Made by a program: the position numbers and the translations under genes. Shown in pieces: positions 10,024 to 21,359 of a stretch of DNA of 64,000 bases. The stretch comes from Actinomycetes bacterium (GTDB taxonomy: Bacteria; Actinomycetota; Actinomycetes; JAHEKZ01), in the NCBI GenBank assembly GCA_027118455.1, contig JAJAYZ010000067.1, positions 6,987 to 70,986 of the forward strand. Reading direction: 5' to 3'. How positions within the stretch are numbered: the first letter of the stretch is position 1; each line of letters opens with the position of its first letter. A model generated the notes under the pieces. That model was not told the origin of the DNA and did no database searches. It worked only from the letters and a program-made list of their open reading frames with translations.

Positions 10024-11511
10024 ATGCCGCACGACGAAGCGGACAGCCCGCGCGAACTGAGCGCGCCTGACGCCAGCGACCTGCGTCGCGAGATCGCGTC
10101 ATTGCAGGAGCGCAACATCCGACTGACGGCGACGTTGCACGAGTCACGTGCTCAGCTGATCGCTATGAAGGACGAGATTGACCGGCTGGCGCAACCGCCA
10201 TCGGGGTACGGCGTACTCCTCGAGCAGTTCGACGACGGATCAGCCGACGTCTTCACTGGAGGACGCAAACTACGCGTCGCCGTGAGCCCTGACGTCGATC
10301 GAGACGATCTGCTGCGTGGCCGTGAGGTGATGCTCAACGAAGCCATGAACATCGTCCGCGTCATGGGCTTTGAGCAGGTCGGTGAGGTCGTCATGTTCAA
10401 GGAACTCCTGGTCGACGGCGAGCGAGCGCTGGTGATCGGGCACACCGATGACGAGCGCATCGTCCGGCTCGCAGAGACACTGCGCGACGTCCAGATCCGA
10501 GCAGGCGATTCGTTGATGCTCGAGCCCCGTTCCGGTTACGTGTTCGAGAAGATCCCCAAGGCCGAGGTCGAAGAGCTCGTCCTCGAAGAGGTACCGGACA
10601 TCGACTACGCCAGCATCGGGGGGTTGGGCAGCCAGATCGAGCTCATTCGGGACGCCGTTGAGCTTCCGTACGTTCACCAGGATCTCTTCCGCGAGCACGA
10701 CCTGCGTCCACCGAAGGGAATCCTGCTCTACGGCCCGCCTGGGTGCGGCAAGACCCTGATCGCCAAGGCGGTCGCTAACTCACTGGCCAAGAAGGTGGCG
10801 GAGGTGACCGGCCGGCCCGAGGGCAGGTCGTTCTTCCTCAACATCAAAGGCCCAGAGCTGCTCAACAAGTACGTGGGTGAGACCGAGCGACACATCCGGC
10901 TGGTCTTCCAGCGAGCGCGCGAGAAGGCGGGAGAAGGTGTGCCCGTGATCGTCTTCTTCGACGAGATGGACTCACTCTTCCGCACCCGAGGGTCGGGGGT
11001 CAGTTCCGATGTGGAGAACACGATCGTTCCCCAGTTGCTGAGCGAGATCGATGGTGTCGAGGGCCTCGAGAACGTCATCGTGATCGGAGCATCGAACCGT
11101 GAGGACATGATCGACCCGGCCATTCTGCGCCCTGGGCGGCTCGACGTGAAGATCAAGATCGAGCGACCGGACGCAGAGGCCGCGCGCGACATCTTCAGCA
11201 AGTACCTGCATGCTGACCTTCCATTGCACCCTGAGGATGTCGCCGAGCATGGCGGCGACCGCAAGGCAACCGCCGCGGCGATGATCCAGCGTGCTGTTGA
11301 GCGGATGTACACCGAGACAGAGGAGAACCGGTTCCTCGAGGTCACCTACGCCAATGGCGACAAAGAGGTCCTCTACTTCAAGGACTTCAACTCCGGCGCG
11401 ATGATCGAGAACATCGTGGCCCGTGCGAAGAAGTATGCGATCAAAGACTTCCTGGCACTCGGCACCAAGGGAATCCGCGTTCAGCATCTTCTGACGGCTT
11501 GCCTCGAGTAG
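10024..11511 (+). CDS. arc: Proteasome-associated AAA ATPase ARC/Mpa
   Basis: N-terminal coiled coil, interdomain and AAA module ([13 protein letters not shown], Walker [11 protein letters not shown]). ATG at 10024 has GGAGGT 8 nt upstream and is preferred over the GTG at 9976. Confidence 0.9.
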   Translation: MPHDEADSPRELSAPDASDLRREIASLQERNIRLTATLHESRAQLIAMKDEIDRLAQPPSGYGVLLEQFDDGSADVFTGGRKLRVAVSPDVDRDDLLRGREVMLNEAMNIVRVMGFEQVGEVVMFKELLVDGERALVIGHTDDERIVRLAETLRDVQIRAGDSLMLEPRSGYVFEKIPKAEVEELVLEEVPDIDYASIGGLGSQIELIRDAVELPYVHQDLFREHDLRPPKGILLYGPPGCGKTLIAKAVANSLAKKVAEVTGRPEGRSFFLNIKGPELLNKYVGETERHIRLVFQRAREKAGEGVPVIVFFDEMDSLFRTRGSGVSSDVENTIVPQLLSEIDGVEGLENVIVIGASNREDMIDPAILRPGRLDVKIKIERPDAEAARDIFSKYLHADLPLHPEDVAEHGGDRKATAAAMIQRAVERMYTETEENRFLEVTYANGDKEVLYFKDFNSGAMIENIVARAKKYAIKDFLALGTKGIRVQHLLTACLE

Positions 11512-11756
11512 TTCAAGGAGAACGAGGACCTCCCGAACACCACCAATCCTGATGACTGGGCCCGAATCAGCGGAAAGAAGGGCGAACGGATCATCTTCAT
11601 CCGCACACTGATTCAAGGGAAACAAGGAACCGAGGCTGGTCGCTCGATCGAGTCGGTGGCCAACACCGGTCAGTACCTCTGAGGGCCAACTAACGCTGCG
11701 GCGTGCGGACTCGCGCGTGCGGCGCCTAGGCTGTGTGCGTGGGAACGACACGAGTC

Positions 11757-13250
11757 ATGGGCTTAGAGACCGAGTTTGGCATCGCCGTTCCCGGTGACGC
11801 TCAGGCCAACCCGGTCATCATCTCGACCCAGATCGTGAATGGTTATGCCACGGGCGAGCCCGGGCTCTCGCACGCGAGGTGGGACTACGAAGAGGAGAAC
11901 CCGCTGCGAGACGCGAGGGGCTTCACCATGGCCAGAGAGGTGGCCGACTCTAGCCAGCTCACTGACGACGGCGCCGGCATGGCCAATGTGATCCTCACCA
12001 ACGGCGCCCGGCTCTACGTCGACCACGCGCACCCGGAGTACTCAAGCCCGGAAGTGACTAACCCCCGCGATGCACTCGCTTGGGACAAGGCCGGCGAGCT
12101 GGTGATGGCCGAGGCCGCACGCCGAGCCGCGCGCGTCCCGGGCGCACCAGCCATCAACCTCTACAAGAACAACACCGACAACAAGGGCGCGTCGTACGGG
12201 ACGCACGAGAACTACCTCATGCGACGCAGCACCCCGTTTCCGGAGATCGTCAAACACCTCACCCCGTTCTTTGTCTCACGACAGGTGATTTGCGGGCAAG
12301 GACGTGTCGGACTCGGACAGCAAGGCACCGACCCCGGATTCCAGATCAGTCAGCGGGCTGACTTCTTCGAGGTCGAGGTCGGACTCGAGACGACCCTCAA
12401 GCGACCGATCATCAACACCCGAGACGAACCGCACGCCGATGCTGACAAATACCGACGCCTCCACGTAATCATCGGCGACGCCAATCTCTCCGAGGTCGCC
12501 GGGCTGCTCAAGGTCGGAACCACTGCTCTGGTGCTCGCCATGATCGAGGAGGGTTTTCTTGCCGACGACCTCGGCCTTTCTCGGCCGGTCCACGAACTTC
12601 ACTTGGTCTCTCATGACCCTGATCTGAAACACCAAGTCGAACTGCGCGACGGGCGGACCATGACGGCTGTGCACCTGCAGCGTGAGTACTGCGACCAGGC
12701 GCACAAGTTCGTCGAAGATCGCATGGGCATTGACGCTGACGACGCAACCACCGAGATCCTCCGCCGTTGGTCACAAGTCCTCGACGACTTGGAGGATGAC
12801 CCGTCGCGTCTGGTCAACCAGCTCGACTGGGTGGCCAAGCGCCAGATCCTGGAGGGCTACCGCTCTCGCGACGGGCTCGCGTGGTCGGACGCCCGACTTC
12901 AGCTGGTCGACCTGCAGTACTCCGATGTGCGCCCGGAGAAAGGGCTCTACCACCGACTTGTCGCCAGTGGCCGGATGGAACGAGTCCTCACTGATGAGGC
13001 AATACGGCAAACCGTCCATACCCCGCCGGAAGATACCCGCGCATGGTTCCGCGGCGAATGTGTCCGGCGCTATGGACCGCAGGTGGCAGCGGCATCGTGG
13101 GACTCAGTGATCTTCGATGTCCCTGGACGACCTTCACTCCAGCGCGTCCCAATGCTTGAACCCCTCCGGGGTACGCGCGCCCACGTCGGAGAGCTTCTTG
13201 AACGTTGCCAGACAGCAGCGGAGTTGGTTGATGCTCTGACGGGCGCCTGA
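11757..13250 (+). CDS. dop: Pup deamidase/depupylase Dop
   Basis: N-terminal MGLETEFG.. matches the Dop/PafA family (glutamine-synthetase-like fold). Distinguished from PafA by its position upstream of pup and by the Dop-specific insertion. Start taken at ATG 11757. Confidence 0.88.
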   Translation: MGLETEFGIAVPGDAQANPVIISTQIVNGYATGEPGLSHARWDYEEENPLRDARGFTMAREVADSSQLTDDGAGMANVILTNGARLYVDHAHPEYSSPEVTNPRDALAWDKAGELVMAEAARRAARVPGAPAINLYKNNTDNKGASYGTHENYLMRRSTPFPEIVKHLTPFFVSRQVICGQGRVGLGQQGTDPGFQISQRADFFEVEVGLETTLKRPIINTRDEPHADADKYRRLHVIIGDANLSEVAGLLKVGTTALVLAMIEEGFLADDLGLSRPVHELHLVSHDPDLKHQVELRDGRTMTAVHLQREYCDQAHKFVEDRMGIDADDATTEILRRWSQVLDDLEDDPSRLVNQLDWVAKRQILEGYRSRDGLAWSDARLQLVDLQYSDVRPEKGLYHRLVASGRMERVLTDEAIRQTVHTPPEDTRAWFRGECVRRYGPQVAAASWDSVIFDVPGRPSLQRVPMLEPLRGTRAHVGELLERCQTAAELVDALTGA

Positions 13251-13368
13251 GCACGTTTGACCCATCTCCATCAGCTCGTGGCGCGTCGGGGGTTCAGAGC
13301 GAGCCAGCACCGGTCGATCCGACTAGGGTCGAGTTCTGAGCAGTGACGTGGACGTGGAGGTTCCAGAC

Positions 13369-13575
13369 ATGAGCGCACAGGAGACTGGCGGGCAGAAGCA
13401 CGCCGAGCGTCGGACCGAAGAGGTAGACGAAGCTCCGGCCGAGACGACCGGCGTTGCTGAGCGTCACGAGGCGCTCAGTGAAGACGTTGACGCGATTCTC
13501 GACGAGATCGATGAGGTCCTCGAGGAGAACGCTGAGGAGTTCGTTCGTGCATTTGTCCAAAAGGGAGGCGAGTGA
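13369..13575 (+). CDS. pup: Prokaryotic ubiquitin-like protein Pup (C-terminal GGE variant)
   Basis: 68-aa acidic protein ending ..[15 protein letters not shown], the canonical Pup C-terminus. GGAGGT lies 7 nt upstream of ATG 13369. The ORF track's 13348 start adds 7 unconserved residues. Confidence 0.9.
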   Translation: MSAQETGGQKHAERRTEEVDEAPAETTGVAERHEALSEDVDAILDEIDEVLEENAEEFVRAFVQKGGE

Positions 13576-14426
13576 GTTCTGTGACTCACCCTGAGCGTTT
13601 GGGATCGTTACCCGCTGCATTCATGCGAGCCGGGAGCTCATCGTTCAGTGACTTCCTCGCTGACCACGCGCCCACCCTGCTGCCTGGCGGAGCGGGGTCG
13701 GGCACCGGAAGTGCAGCCGATATTGACGCCCCCCACGGCACGACCATCGTGGCATTGAGCTTCGACAACGGCGTTGTGATGGCAGGCGACCGGCGCGCAA
13801 CGATGGGCAACATCATCGCCCAACGCGACATCGAGAAGGTTTATCCGGCCGACGAGTACAGCGCTGTCGGCATCGCCGGTACGGCCGGTCTCGCGATCGA
13901 GTTGGTCCGACTTCTTCAGGTCGAGCTGGAGCACTACGAGAAGATTGAGGGAACGACTCTTTCGCTCACCGGTAAGGCGAACCGGTTGGCAACGATGATC
14001 CGGGGAAACCTCGCGATGGCGATGCAGGGACTCGCCGTGGTTCCGCTCTTTGCCGGTTACGACCACGAGACTACCCGTGGTCGCATTTTCAGTTACGACG
14101 TCACTGGTGGACGTTATGAAGAGCACTCGTTTCATGCCGTCGGGTCTGGCGGTTTCTTCGCGCGGGGGTCTCTGAAGAAGCTCTACAAGGGCCAGATGCC
14201 CGAGGCCGACGCAGTCATGGCTGCAGCGCAAGCGCTCTACGACGCCGCAGACGACGACTCTGCGACCGGAGGCCCTGACCTCATGCGCCGAATCTTTCCG
14301 GTGGTGTCTGTCGTCTCGGCCGAGGGCTACCGCCGCTTGCCAGATGCCGAGGTCGGCGACGTCGTCGAGCGGCTCGTTGCAGCCCGCAACCAGCGCCCAG
14401 ACGGCCCAGCCTCGCCGTTGACCTGA
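13572..14426 (+). CDS. prcB: Proteasome subunit beta PrcB (with propeptide)
   Basis: Propeptide followed by ..HGTTIVAL.., placing the catalytic Thr after the processing site. Ntn-hydrolase beta-subunit family. GTG start overlaps the pup stop (GTGA). Confidence 0.9.
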   Translation: MSSVTHPERLGSLPAAFMRAGSSSFSDFLADHAPTLLPGGAGSGTGSAADIDAPHGTTIVALSFDNGVVMAGDRRATMGNIIAQRDIEKVYPADEYSAVGIAGTAGLAIELVRLLQVELEHYEKIEGTTLSLTGKANRLATMIRGNLAMAMQGLAVVPLFAGYDHETTRGRIFSYDVTGGRYEEHSFHAVGSGGFFARGSLKKLYKGQMPEADAVMAAAQALYDAADDDSATGGPDLMRRIFPVVSVVSAEGYRRLPDAEVGDVVERLVAARNQRPDGPASPLT

Positions 14427-14460
14427 GCCCACAGCCACTCACCGCAGGAAAGGAAGGCCC

Positions 14461-15174
14461 GTGTCCGTTCCGTTCTACGTCTCGCCTGAGCAAATCATCA
14501 AGGACAAGGCGGACTACGCACGCAAGGGCATCGCCCGCGGACGATCCGTGGCAGTCCTACAGTACCGGGACGGAATCGTCTTCGTTGCGGAAAACCCGTC
14601 GCGAGCCTTGCACAAGGTGAGTGAAATCTACGACCGGATTGCCTTTGCGGCCGTGGGCAAGTACAACGAGTTCGAGAACCTTCGAGTCGCCGGTATCCGG
14701 CTCGCCGATCTCCGCGGCTACTCGTTCGACCGTCGCGATGTGACCGTGCGGAACCTTGCCAACGCTTACGCACAAACGCTCGGCACCATCTTCACCGAGA
14801 CATCTAAGCCCTACGAGGTTGAGATCGTTGTCGCCGAGGTTGGCGACCAAGCCTCGGGCGACCAGATGTATCGGCTCACTTTCGACGGCTCCGTTGCCGA
14901 CGAACATGGCTACGTGGTCATGGGTGGATCCGCTGAGGTGATCAGCACCTCGCTTGAGTCAACGTACGAGGAGGATCTCGAGCTGGGTCCGGCAATCGTG
15001 CTGGCCATCGATGCTCTTTCCAGCGACGGAGCCGGGGGAGAGAACGGCGAACCGCGTCAGATCACTCCGGCCCAGCTCGAGGTCGCCGTTCTCGACCGCA
15101 CCCGTACGCAGTCCCGCAAGTTCAAGCGGTTGGCCGCTGATCGGCTTGTTGAGCTCCTGCCGAGCGGCGGGTAG
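14461..15174 (+). CDS. prcA: Proteasome subunit alpha PrcA
   Basis: Near-colinear with M. tuberculosis PrcA ([26 protein letters not shown]..). Confidence 0.9.
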   Translation: MSVPFYVSPEQIIKDKADYARKGIARGRSVAVLQYRDGIVFVAENPSRALHKVSEIYDRIAFAAVGKYNEFENLRVAGIRLADLRGYSFDRRDVTVRNLANAYAQTLGTIFTETSKPYEVEIVVAEVGDQASGDQMYRLTFDGSVADEHGYVVMGGSAEVISTSLESTYEEDLELGPAIVLAIDALSSDGAGGENGEPRQITPAQLEVAVLDRTRTQSRKFKRLAADRLVELLPSGG

Positions 15175-15176
15175 TC

Positions 15177-16538
15177 ATGGATCGGCGCATCTTCGGGATC
15201 GAGACTGAGTACGGGGTCACCTGTACCTTCCGAGGTCAGCGCCGGCTCTCACCGGACGAGGTGGCTCGGTACCTCTTTCGCCGCGTGGTCTCCTGGGGCC
15301 GCAGCAGTAACGTCTTCCTCCGCAACGGCGCTCGCCTCTACCTCGACGTTGGCTCGCACCCGGAGTACGCGACACCAGAATGCGACTCGCTCACCGAGCT
15401 GATCACTCACGACAGAGCAGGGGAGCGAATCCTCGAAGGGTTGCTGATCGACGCAGAACGCCGACTGCATGAAGAAGGCATAGCCGGCGACGTCTACCTC
15501 TTCAAGAACAACACCGACTCCGCGGGGAACTCTTACGGGTGCCACGAGAACTTCCTGGTCGGGCGCCAAGGTGAGTTCGGCAAGCTTGCTGACATTCTCA
15601 TCCCGTTTCTGGTCACTCGGCAGTTGATATGCGGAGCCGGCAAGATTTTGCAGACCCCACGGGGATCGGTCTTCTGCCTGAGCCAGCGGGCTGAGCACAT
15701 CTGGGAAGGCGTCTCATCGGCGACGACGCGGTCTCGTCCCATCATCAACACCCGGGACGAGCCGCACGCCGACGCCGAGAAGTACCGCCGACTGCACGTC
15801 ATCGTCGGTGACTCCAACCTGGCCCAGCCGACCACCCTTCTCAAGGTAGGCGCCACCGACTTGGTGCTGCGCATGATCGAGAACGGCGTCGTGCTCAGGG
15901 ATCTTTCGCTGGAGACCCCGATTCGGGCGATCCGCGAGATCAGCCACGACCCAACAGGTCGGCGCCTGGTGCGGCTGGTGAACGGGCGCGAGCTATCGGC
16001 GCTGCAGATTCAGACCGAGTACTTCGAGAAGGCATTGGCCTTCGCCGACCGTCGCGGCCTCGATGACCCTGTGACCAGAACGGTCCTCGACCTCTGGCAG
16101 CGCACGCTGACCGCCGTCGACACTGGAGACTTGTCATCGGTGGGTCGAGAGATCGACTGGGTGATTAAGTACCAGATGATCGAGCGCTACCGGGCCAAGC
16201 ACAACCTCTCGCTGGGATCGGCCCGCGTCGCGCAGCTCGACCTGGCTTACCACGATATTCGTCGTGACCGCGGCATCTTCTACCTCATGGAGCGCCGAGG
16301 TTTGGTCGACCGGGTCGTCCCTGAGCTGGCCAGCTTCGAGGCCAAAGGCAAGCCACCCCAGACGACCCGCGCACGACTGCGCGGTGAGTTCATCCGTCAT
16401 GCCCAAGAGAAGCGCCGCGACTTCACCGTTGACTGGGTGCACCTCAAGCTCAACGACCAGGCGCAGCGCACGGTGCTGTGCAAGGACCCCTTCAAAGCCT
16501 ACGACGACCGGGTGGACCGGCTGATCGAGAGCATGTGA
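15177..16538 (+). CDS. pafA: Pup--protein ligase PafA
   Basis: [13 protein letters not shown].. N-terminus of the Dop/PafA family, immediately downstream of prcBA. Confidence 0.9.
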   Translation: MDRRIFGIETEYGVTCTFRGQRRLSPDEVARYLFRRVVSWGRSSNVFLRNGARLYLDVGSHPEYATPECDSLTELITHDRAGERILEGLLIDAERRLHEEGIAGDVYLFKNNTDSAGNSYGCHENFLVGRQGEFGKLADILIPFLVTRQLICGAGKILQTPRGSVFCLSQRAEHIWEGVSSATTRSRPIINTRDEPHADAEKYRRLHVIVGDSNLAQPTTLLKVGATDLVLRMIENGVVLRDLSLETPIRAIREISHDPTGRRLVRLVNGRELSALQIQTEYFEKALAFADRRGLDDPVTRTVLDLWQRTLTAVDTGDLSSVGREIDWVIKYQMIERYRAKHNLSLGSARVAQLDLAYHDIRRDRGIFYLMERRGLVDRVVPELASFEAKGKPPQTTRARLRGEFIRHAQEKRRDFTVDWVHLKLNDQAQRTVLCKDPFKAYDDRVDRLIESM

Positions 16539-16657
16539 TCCCCTCCGGCGGGGCGGAACCGTTCGGCGCCGGCCGGCGTCTACCCTACAACTGCCGGTGC
16601 ACGCTCTGACGACGTGTGTGGGCCGCCCATGAGCACCCCTGCCCGCCAAGGAGCACT

Positions 16658-17707
16658 GTGTCTACCGCGTCCAACGCGTCCCCCGCCCGAAGAAGAACCG
16701 TGACCGCTGTGGGCGGAGCCCTGGTGCTAGTCGCGTCCCTGGCCGCCTGTGGCGAGAGCACCGACCCGTCCGACAACCCCAATGCCTTCTCGTACCCAGA
16801 AACCAGTGGCGAACCCAGCGGTACCCCTTCACCGTCGGCATCGGCCTCATCTTCTGCCGATCCGGCTGCCAGCGGTGAGCTCCCAACGGTCGAGGGGGGA
16901 TTCGGCCAGACACCAACGATTACAGTCCCAGACGCGGAGCCACCCACCGACCTGGTCGTCAAGACCCTGAGCCAGGGCGACTGTCCTGCCGTTAAGTCGG
17001 GGGAGACGATGGTTGTCGACTACGTCGGCGTGCGTTGGGAGGACGGTCAGCCCTTCGACTCCTCCTTTGATCGAGGGGCTCCGGCCGGCTTCGGAATCGG
17101 CGTCGGCGCCGTCATCCCCGGGTGGGACTCCGGCCTCGTCGGGGTCAAGGCGGGCACCCGCGTTCTGATGGTGCTACCACCGGATCAGGCCTACGGGGAC
17201 ACGCCACCAGGCGACCCGATCCAAGCTGGCGACACCCTCGTGTTCGTCGTCGATGTTCTCGGGTCGCACGCTGGCGACGAAGCTGCCATCGGCGCACCGG
17301 CGCCCACCGAAGACGACAGCCTTCCCGCGGTCTCCCTCAGCAGCAAAGCCCCAGCAATCACGATTCCCGCTGGTGACCCACCCAAGCGACTCATTGCAAT
17401 CCCGGTGGTAGTTGGCAACGGCCCTGCGGTTGAGAAGGGCGAGACGCTGGTCGTCCAGTACAAGGGTGTCCTGTGGCGCAATGGGCAAGAGTTCGACTCG
17501 TCATGGAGCAGGCAGCAACCCTTCGTCACCGCCATCGGTCTGGGTAAAATCATCCCCGGATGGGACAAGGGCCTCGTCGGCCAGACCGTTGGCAGCCGGG
17601 TCATGCTCGTGGTCCCACCCAAGCAAGGATTTGGGGACGCCGGGCAAGGAAAGATCAAGGGTACTGACACCATGGTCTTCGCGGTCGACATCCTCGGCGC
17701 GTACTAG
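16658..17707 (+). CDS. Secreted lipoprotein with two tandem FKBP-type peptidyl-prolyl isomerase domains
   Basis: Signal peptide with lipobox LAAC. Two FKBP domains (..GWDSGLVG.., ..GWDKGLVG..). The likely start is GTG 16658, 5 nt after an AAGGAG. Confidence 0.8.
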   Translation: MSTASNASPARRRTVTAVGGALVLVASLAACGESTDPSDNPNAFSYPETSGEPSGTPSPSASASSSADPAASGELPTVEGGFGQTPTITVPDAEPPTDLVVKTLSQGDCPAVKSGETMVVDYVGVRWEDGQPFDSSFDRGAPAGFGIGVGAVIPGWDSGLVGVKAGTRVLMVLPPDQAYGDTPPGDPIQAGDTLVFVVDVLGSHAGDEAAIGAPAPTEDDSLPAVSLSSKAPAITIPAGDPPKRLIAIPVVVGNGPAVEKGETLVVQYKGVLWRNGQEFDSSWSRQQPFVTAIGLGKIIPGWDKGLVGQTVGSRVMLVVPPKQGFGDAGQGKIKGTDTMVFAVDILGAY

Positions 17708-17754
17708 CCACTCGCGGCCTGCTCACCGCCCAGCAACTACGTGGAAGGACTCAT

Positions 17755-18117
17755 ATGACGGACAAGCCCGAGGTCGACTTCCCCGGTGGCGATGCACCCA
17801 AAACCCTGGTCATCACCGACGTGGCGGTCGGCGATGGCGCAGAGGCTACGCCCGGTGCCGCCGTTGAGGTGCACTACCTCGGGGTCGAGTTCGACTCCGG
17901 CGAGGAGTTCGACTCCTCATGGAGCAGGGGCGAGGCGATCTCCTTCCCGCTCGGCAACTTGATCAAGGGCTGGCAGGAGGGCATCCCCGGCATGAAGGTG
18001 GGGGGTCGTCGCCAGCTGATCTGTCCGCCAGCGCTGGCCTACGGACCTGCAGGCGGAGGGCACCGGCTCTCTGGCCAGACGTTGATCTTCGTGATCGACC
18101 TGCTCGGAGTGAACTAA
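17755..18117 (+). CDS. FKBP-type peptidyl-prolyl cis-trans isomerase (cytoplasmic)
   Basis: Single FKBP domain of 120 aa (LIKGWQEGIPGMKVGGRRQLICPPALAYG). Confidence 0.85.
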   Translation: MTDKPEVDFPGGDAPKTLVITDVAVGDGAEATPGAAVEVHYLGVEFDSGEEFDSSWSRGEAISFPLGNLIKGWQEGIPGMKVGGRRQLICPPALAYGPAGGGHRLSGQTLIFVIDLLGVN

Positions 18118-19250
18118 GCAGCCGGACGTCTTGGGCGGTCACCGCCCAGCAGACTTGCGGCGTGCCGGCCGGCTGCGGCTGATGCGATGAACGCGGCCCC
18201 GTCTGAGTCCAAACCGCGTCCCATCGTCGAAAGCCCGACCGGGCTGGCCGCCAGCGCTGCCGCGAGACCGTCCACCTCTACGGTCACGAGGTGATGCGGG
18301 GGGCTGAGCGTGGCTGCCTGGCTGGCCACCCGTTCACCGAGCTCTCCCGGCAGTTGCGGCACTGGAATATCTGCGGAGTGCGTAGCCACCCGACCGTAGG
18401 CGGTCAATGAGTGGTGTGAGACGCCGCGGTGGCGCTCACGGTCATCGGCTTGGGAGACCCGCAGAGCTGCCACCGGGCGTCCCCCCAACGTCGCTGTGGC
18501 GTTGATCGCCTCGCCAGCTGCGACCCCCGAAAACCCCCAGCGCGTTCCGGTGCCGAGGTTGCCTGGGCCCTGAGCGACCACCGTCACGTCGGCCTCGAGA
18601 ACGAGGTGGGCAGCGAGCAGCCCGTTGTGCACCGTTACGGCTTCGAGGTCACCACCGAAGGTCTGCCCGACCGTGATCGTCCCTGCGAGCCATCCAGCAT
18701 CTCGCAGACCCTGCACGGTTTGCGAGAAGGCCAGCGGGAGCGCCCCACCGTCCGTGGCGACATAGACGACGGTGGCATCAGGTCGCCGCTCGCGGAGACC
18801 GGCGATGACCGCGGGCAGCGCCGAGTGCAGGTCGGCGACCACCACGGGCATGCCAGCGAGGTCGTCAGCATCTCTCAGGACGTCGTGGTGCGGTGAGTCC
18901 TGCTCGTCGACGCCCAAAACGGTCATCTGCAACGGCGTGTAACGCGCCTTGACCAGGTGGCCGGGGCCATCGGGGTCGGCGGGGAGCCGCTGAGGGATCC
19001 CAGCGACGAGGGCGTAGCCGCCAGTACCAAGCTCGAGGTCAAGGGCTGTCACATTGAGGAGCACGACGTCACCGACCACGGGGGAGCCGACCACATCCGC
19101 ATAGGCCAGCGCACGAACGGTCGTGACCTCGGTGCCCTGAGACCGCTCACCAACGTCATGCTCAAGCTCGACCCTCAGCTCGACAGCGGTCGCCCACCTC
19201 CTGCCGACCTCAACGACGCATCCACTTCGCCACCGGATCACGGCACTCAC
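18114..19250 (-). CDS. Conserved hypothetical protein (378 aa)
   Basis: Long ORF with coding-like composition, convergent on the FKBP gene. I recognise no motif with confidence. Confidence 0.45.
   Translation of the reverse strand: MSAVIRWRSGCVVEVGRRWATAVELRVELEHDVGERSQGTEVTTVRALAYADVVGSPVVGDVVLLNVTALDLELGTGGYALVAGIPQRLPADPDGPGHLVKARYTPLQMTVLGVDEQDSPHHDVLRDADDLAGMPVVVADLHSALPAVIAGLRERRPDATVVYVATDGGALPLAFSQTVQGLRDAGWLAGTITVGQTFGGDLEAVTVHNGLLAAHLVLEADVTVVAQGPGNLGTGTRWGFSGVAAGEAINATATLGGRPVAALRVSQADDRERHRGVSHHSLTAYGRVATHSADIPVPQLPGELGERVASQAATLSPPHHLVTVEVDGLAAALAASPVGLSTMGRGLDSDGAAFIASAAAGRHAASLLGGDRPRRPAA
18131..18145. terminator. Candidate bidirectional hairpin between two convergent genes
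   Basis: GGGCGG-TCA-CCGCCC, a perfect 6-bp GC stem with 3-nt loop, 14 nt after the FKBP stop and next to the convergent gene's stop. No U-tract follows. Confidence 0.3.
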
Positions 19251-19346
19251 TGTACGCAGCGGGTAGCGTCTGCCCGAACAAGACTCGGCACAGAGGTGGC
19301 AGCGACGCCGCCATCGATGCCGGGGCCCAGACTCCGGAGAGGACTC

Positions 19347-20330
19347 ATGGCAGTCTCGCGCACTGAGCGCTTGCTCAACCTGGTGATCTGTCTTCTTGCA
19401 GCAACTCGGTATGTGAACAAGGAGCAGATCCGCCAGGCGGTGCCCCAGTACGCCGGGTGCGCCAGCGATGAAGCCTTTGAGCGCATGTTCGAGCGAGACA
19501 AGGACGACCTGCGAGAAATGGGAATCCCGCTCGAGACCGGGTCGAACGAGGTTTTCTTCGACGACGAGATCGGCTACCGCATCCCCAAAGACGCCTACGC
19601 CCTGCCGCCTGTGGCGTTCGACTCAGAAGAGCTTGCCGTCCTCGGAGTCGCCGCCCGGATGTGGCAACACGCCACCTTGGCTGGCGCTACAGCGCGAGCC
19701 ATCCGCAAGCTCGAGTCAGTGGGGGTCGACGTCGATCCGGAAGCTCTGGCGGTCATCGAGCCCCGGGTCGACGCCGCCGAGCCCGCCTTCGCGGCGCTCT
19801 GGGACTCCGTGCAGCAGCGGCATCGGGTGCGGTTCCACTACTCCCGTGGCGGTGCGGCAGCCGCGCCGCGGCGGTTGCAGCCATGGGGACTGGTCTCCTG
19901 GCACGGCCGGTGGTACGTCGTCGGTCACGACGATGACCGAGGGGAGACCCGGGTCTTCCGGCTGTCGCGCATACAGGGAGATGTCACGGCCGACGGTCCT
20001 GCTGGCTCAGTCGTGGTGCCCGACAACGTAGACATCACTGCCTCGGTGCGCATGCTCGCTCAGCCTGCACCAGCACGAACCGCTCGGCTGCAGGTGCAAA
20101 GCGGGCGTGCCGTCCCCCTGCGCCGCCAGGGAACGGTCGTGAGCGAAGAGCCAGGTGCTTCTGTTCTGGACGTACCGTTCGAAGACGCCGAGCAGATGGC
20201 ATCGATCGTCTGCGGATTTGGCTCTGCGGTGACAGTCCTGACACCTGCGGACCTTAAAGACGCAGTTGTCCGTCGCCTGCGCACCACTCTTGAGTCCATC
20301 TCGGCAGCCAGCGCTGGCGGGGCAGCGTGA
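19347..20330 (+). CDS. pafB: Proteasome accessory factor PafB (HTH + WYL domain transcriptional regulator)
   Basis: N-terminal wHTH (MAVSRTERLLNLVICLL..) and C-terminal WYL domain. Start at ATG 19347 after GGAGAGGA. The upstream part of the 18957 ORF overlaps the convergent gene. Confidence 0.85.
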   Translation: MAVSRTERLLNLVICLLAATRYVNKEQIRQAVPQYAGCASDEAFERMFERDKDDLREMGIPLETGSNEVFFDDEIGYRIPKDAYALPPVAFDSEELAVLGVAARMWQHATLAGATARAIRKLESVGVDVDPEALAVIEPRVDAAEPAFAALWDSVQQRHRVRFHYSRGGAAAAPRRLQPWGLVSWHGRWYVVGHDDDRGETRVFRLSRIQGDVTADGPAGSVVVPDNVDITASVRMLAQPAPARTARLQVQSGRAVPLRRQGTVVSEEPGASVLDVPFEDAEQMASIVCGFGSAVTVLTPADLKDAVVRRLRTTLESISAASAGGAA

Positions 20331-21271
20331 CCACCGGGGGAGCGGTCGGCCAGCTCACGCGGCTCCTGGCGCTGATTCCGTGGCTCCTTCAGCGGCCAGG
20401 GGTCTCCGTGGCTGACGCAGCTTCGGAGTTCGACATCTCTGAGCAACAGCTGCGAGCCGATCTTGGGCTCGCGTTCTTCTGTGGCTTGCCGGGGCACCTG
20501 CCCGATGACCTGATCGACGTCTCCTTGGAGAACGACCAGATCGTCGTCACCAACGCCGACACGATTGCCCGACCACTGCGCCTAGCGCCCGACGAGGCTG
20601 TTGCACTTTTGGTAGGGCTGCGTGCACTCGCCGACCTTCCAGCACCAACAGGCCCCGACGTGATCGATCGGGTCATCGCCAAGCTGGAACGTGCGGCAGG
20701 AGACGCGGCAGACGCGCACCGAAATGTGAAGGTCTCGATCGAGGGGGCCGGCGAGGCTCAGGAGGCCGTGGGAACAGCGCTACGGACGGGACGCCGGCTC
20801 GCGCTGGAGTACTACGTCCCCGCCCGAGACGAGGTCACCATTCGACAGGTCGACCCCCTGCGCCTGCTTCTGGTCGACGGTCAGAGCTACCTGGAGGCAT
20901 GGTGCCTTCTCGCCGGCGACCTGCGCATCTTTCGTCTCGACCGGATCCAGTCTGCGCAGGTTCTCGACACACCGGCATCGCCGCGTCCGGTGCCGCCGGT
21001 CCGTGAGGGGATCTTCGACAGCGACACCGCAGCCTGGCGGGTGCGGCTGGCGCTGAGCCATCGAGCCGAGTGGGTACGCGACGCGTATCCGAGCACGGTG
21101 ATTGCGAGCGAGCCAGAGCTCGTGGTCGAGCTTTCGGTTGCCGACCTTGGGTGGGCCAAGCAGCTGGTGATGCGCCTGGGTGGCACTGTTCGGCCGCTCG
21201 CACCACCTGAGCTGGTCGATGCCGTCCGCACTGAAGCCGAAGACGCGTTGGCGGCCTACCAGAGCCACTAG
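20327..21271 (+). CDS. pafC: Proteasome accessory factor PafC (HTH + WYL domain)
   Basis: Paralogous HTH-WYL architecture. GTG start overlaps the pafB stop (GTGA). Confidence 0.85.
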   Translation: MTTGGAVGQLTRLLALIPWLLQRPGVSVADAASEFDISEQQLRADLGLAFFCGLPGHLPDDLIDVSLENDQIVVTNADTIARPLRLAPDEAVALLVGLRALADLPAPTGPDVIDRVIAKLERAAGDAADAHRNVKVSIEGAGEAQEAVGTALRTGRRLALEYYVPARDEVTIRQVDPLRLLLVDGQSYLEAWCLLAGDLRIFRLDRIQSAQVLDTPASPRPVPPVREGIFDSDTAAWRVRLALSHRAEWVRDAYPSTVIASEPELVVELSVADLGWAKQLVMRLGGTVRPLAPPELVDAVRTEAEDALAAYQSH

Positions 21272-21359
21272 CCCGTTCGGGTGACCACCACGGACCTCGA
21301 TGGTCAAGGTTCGCATGCCAGATGCCGAAGCCCCTCACACAAGAGGGGAGGTACGAGAC

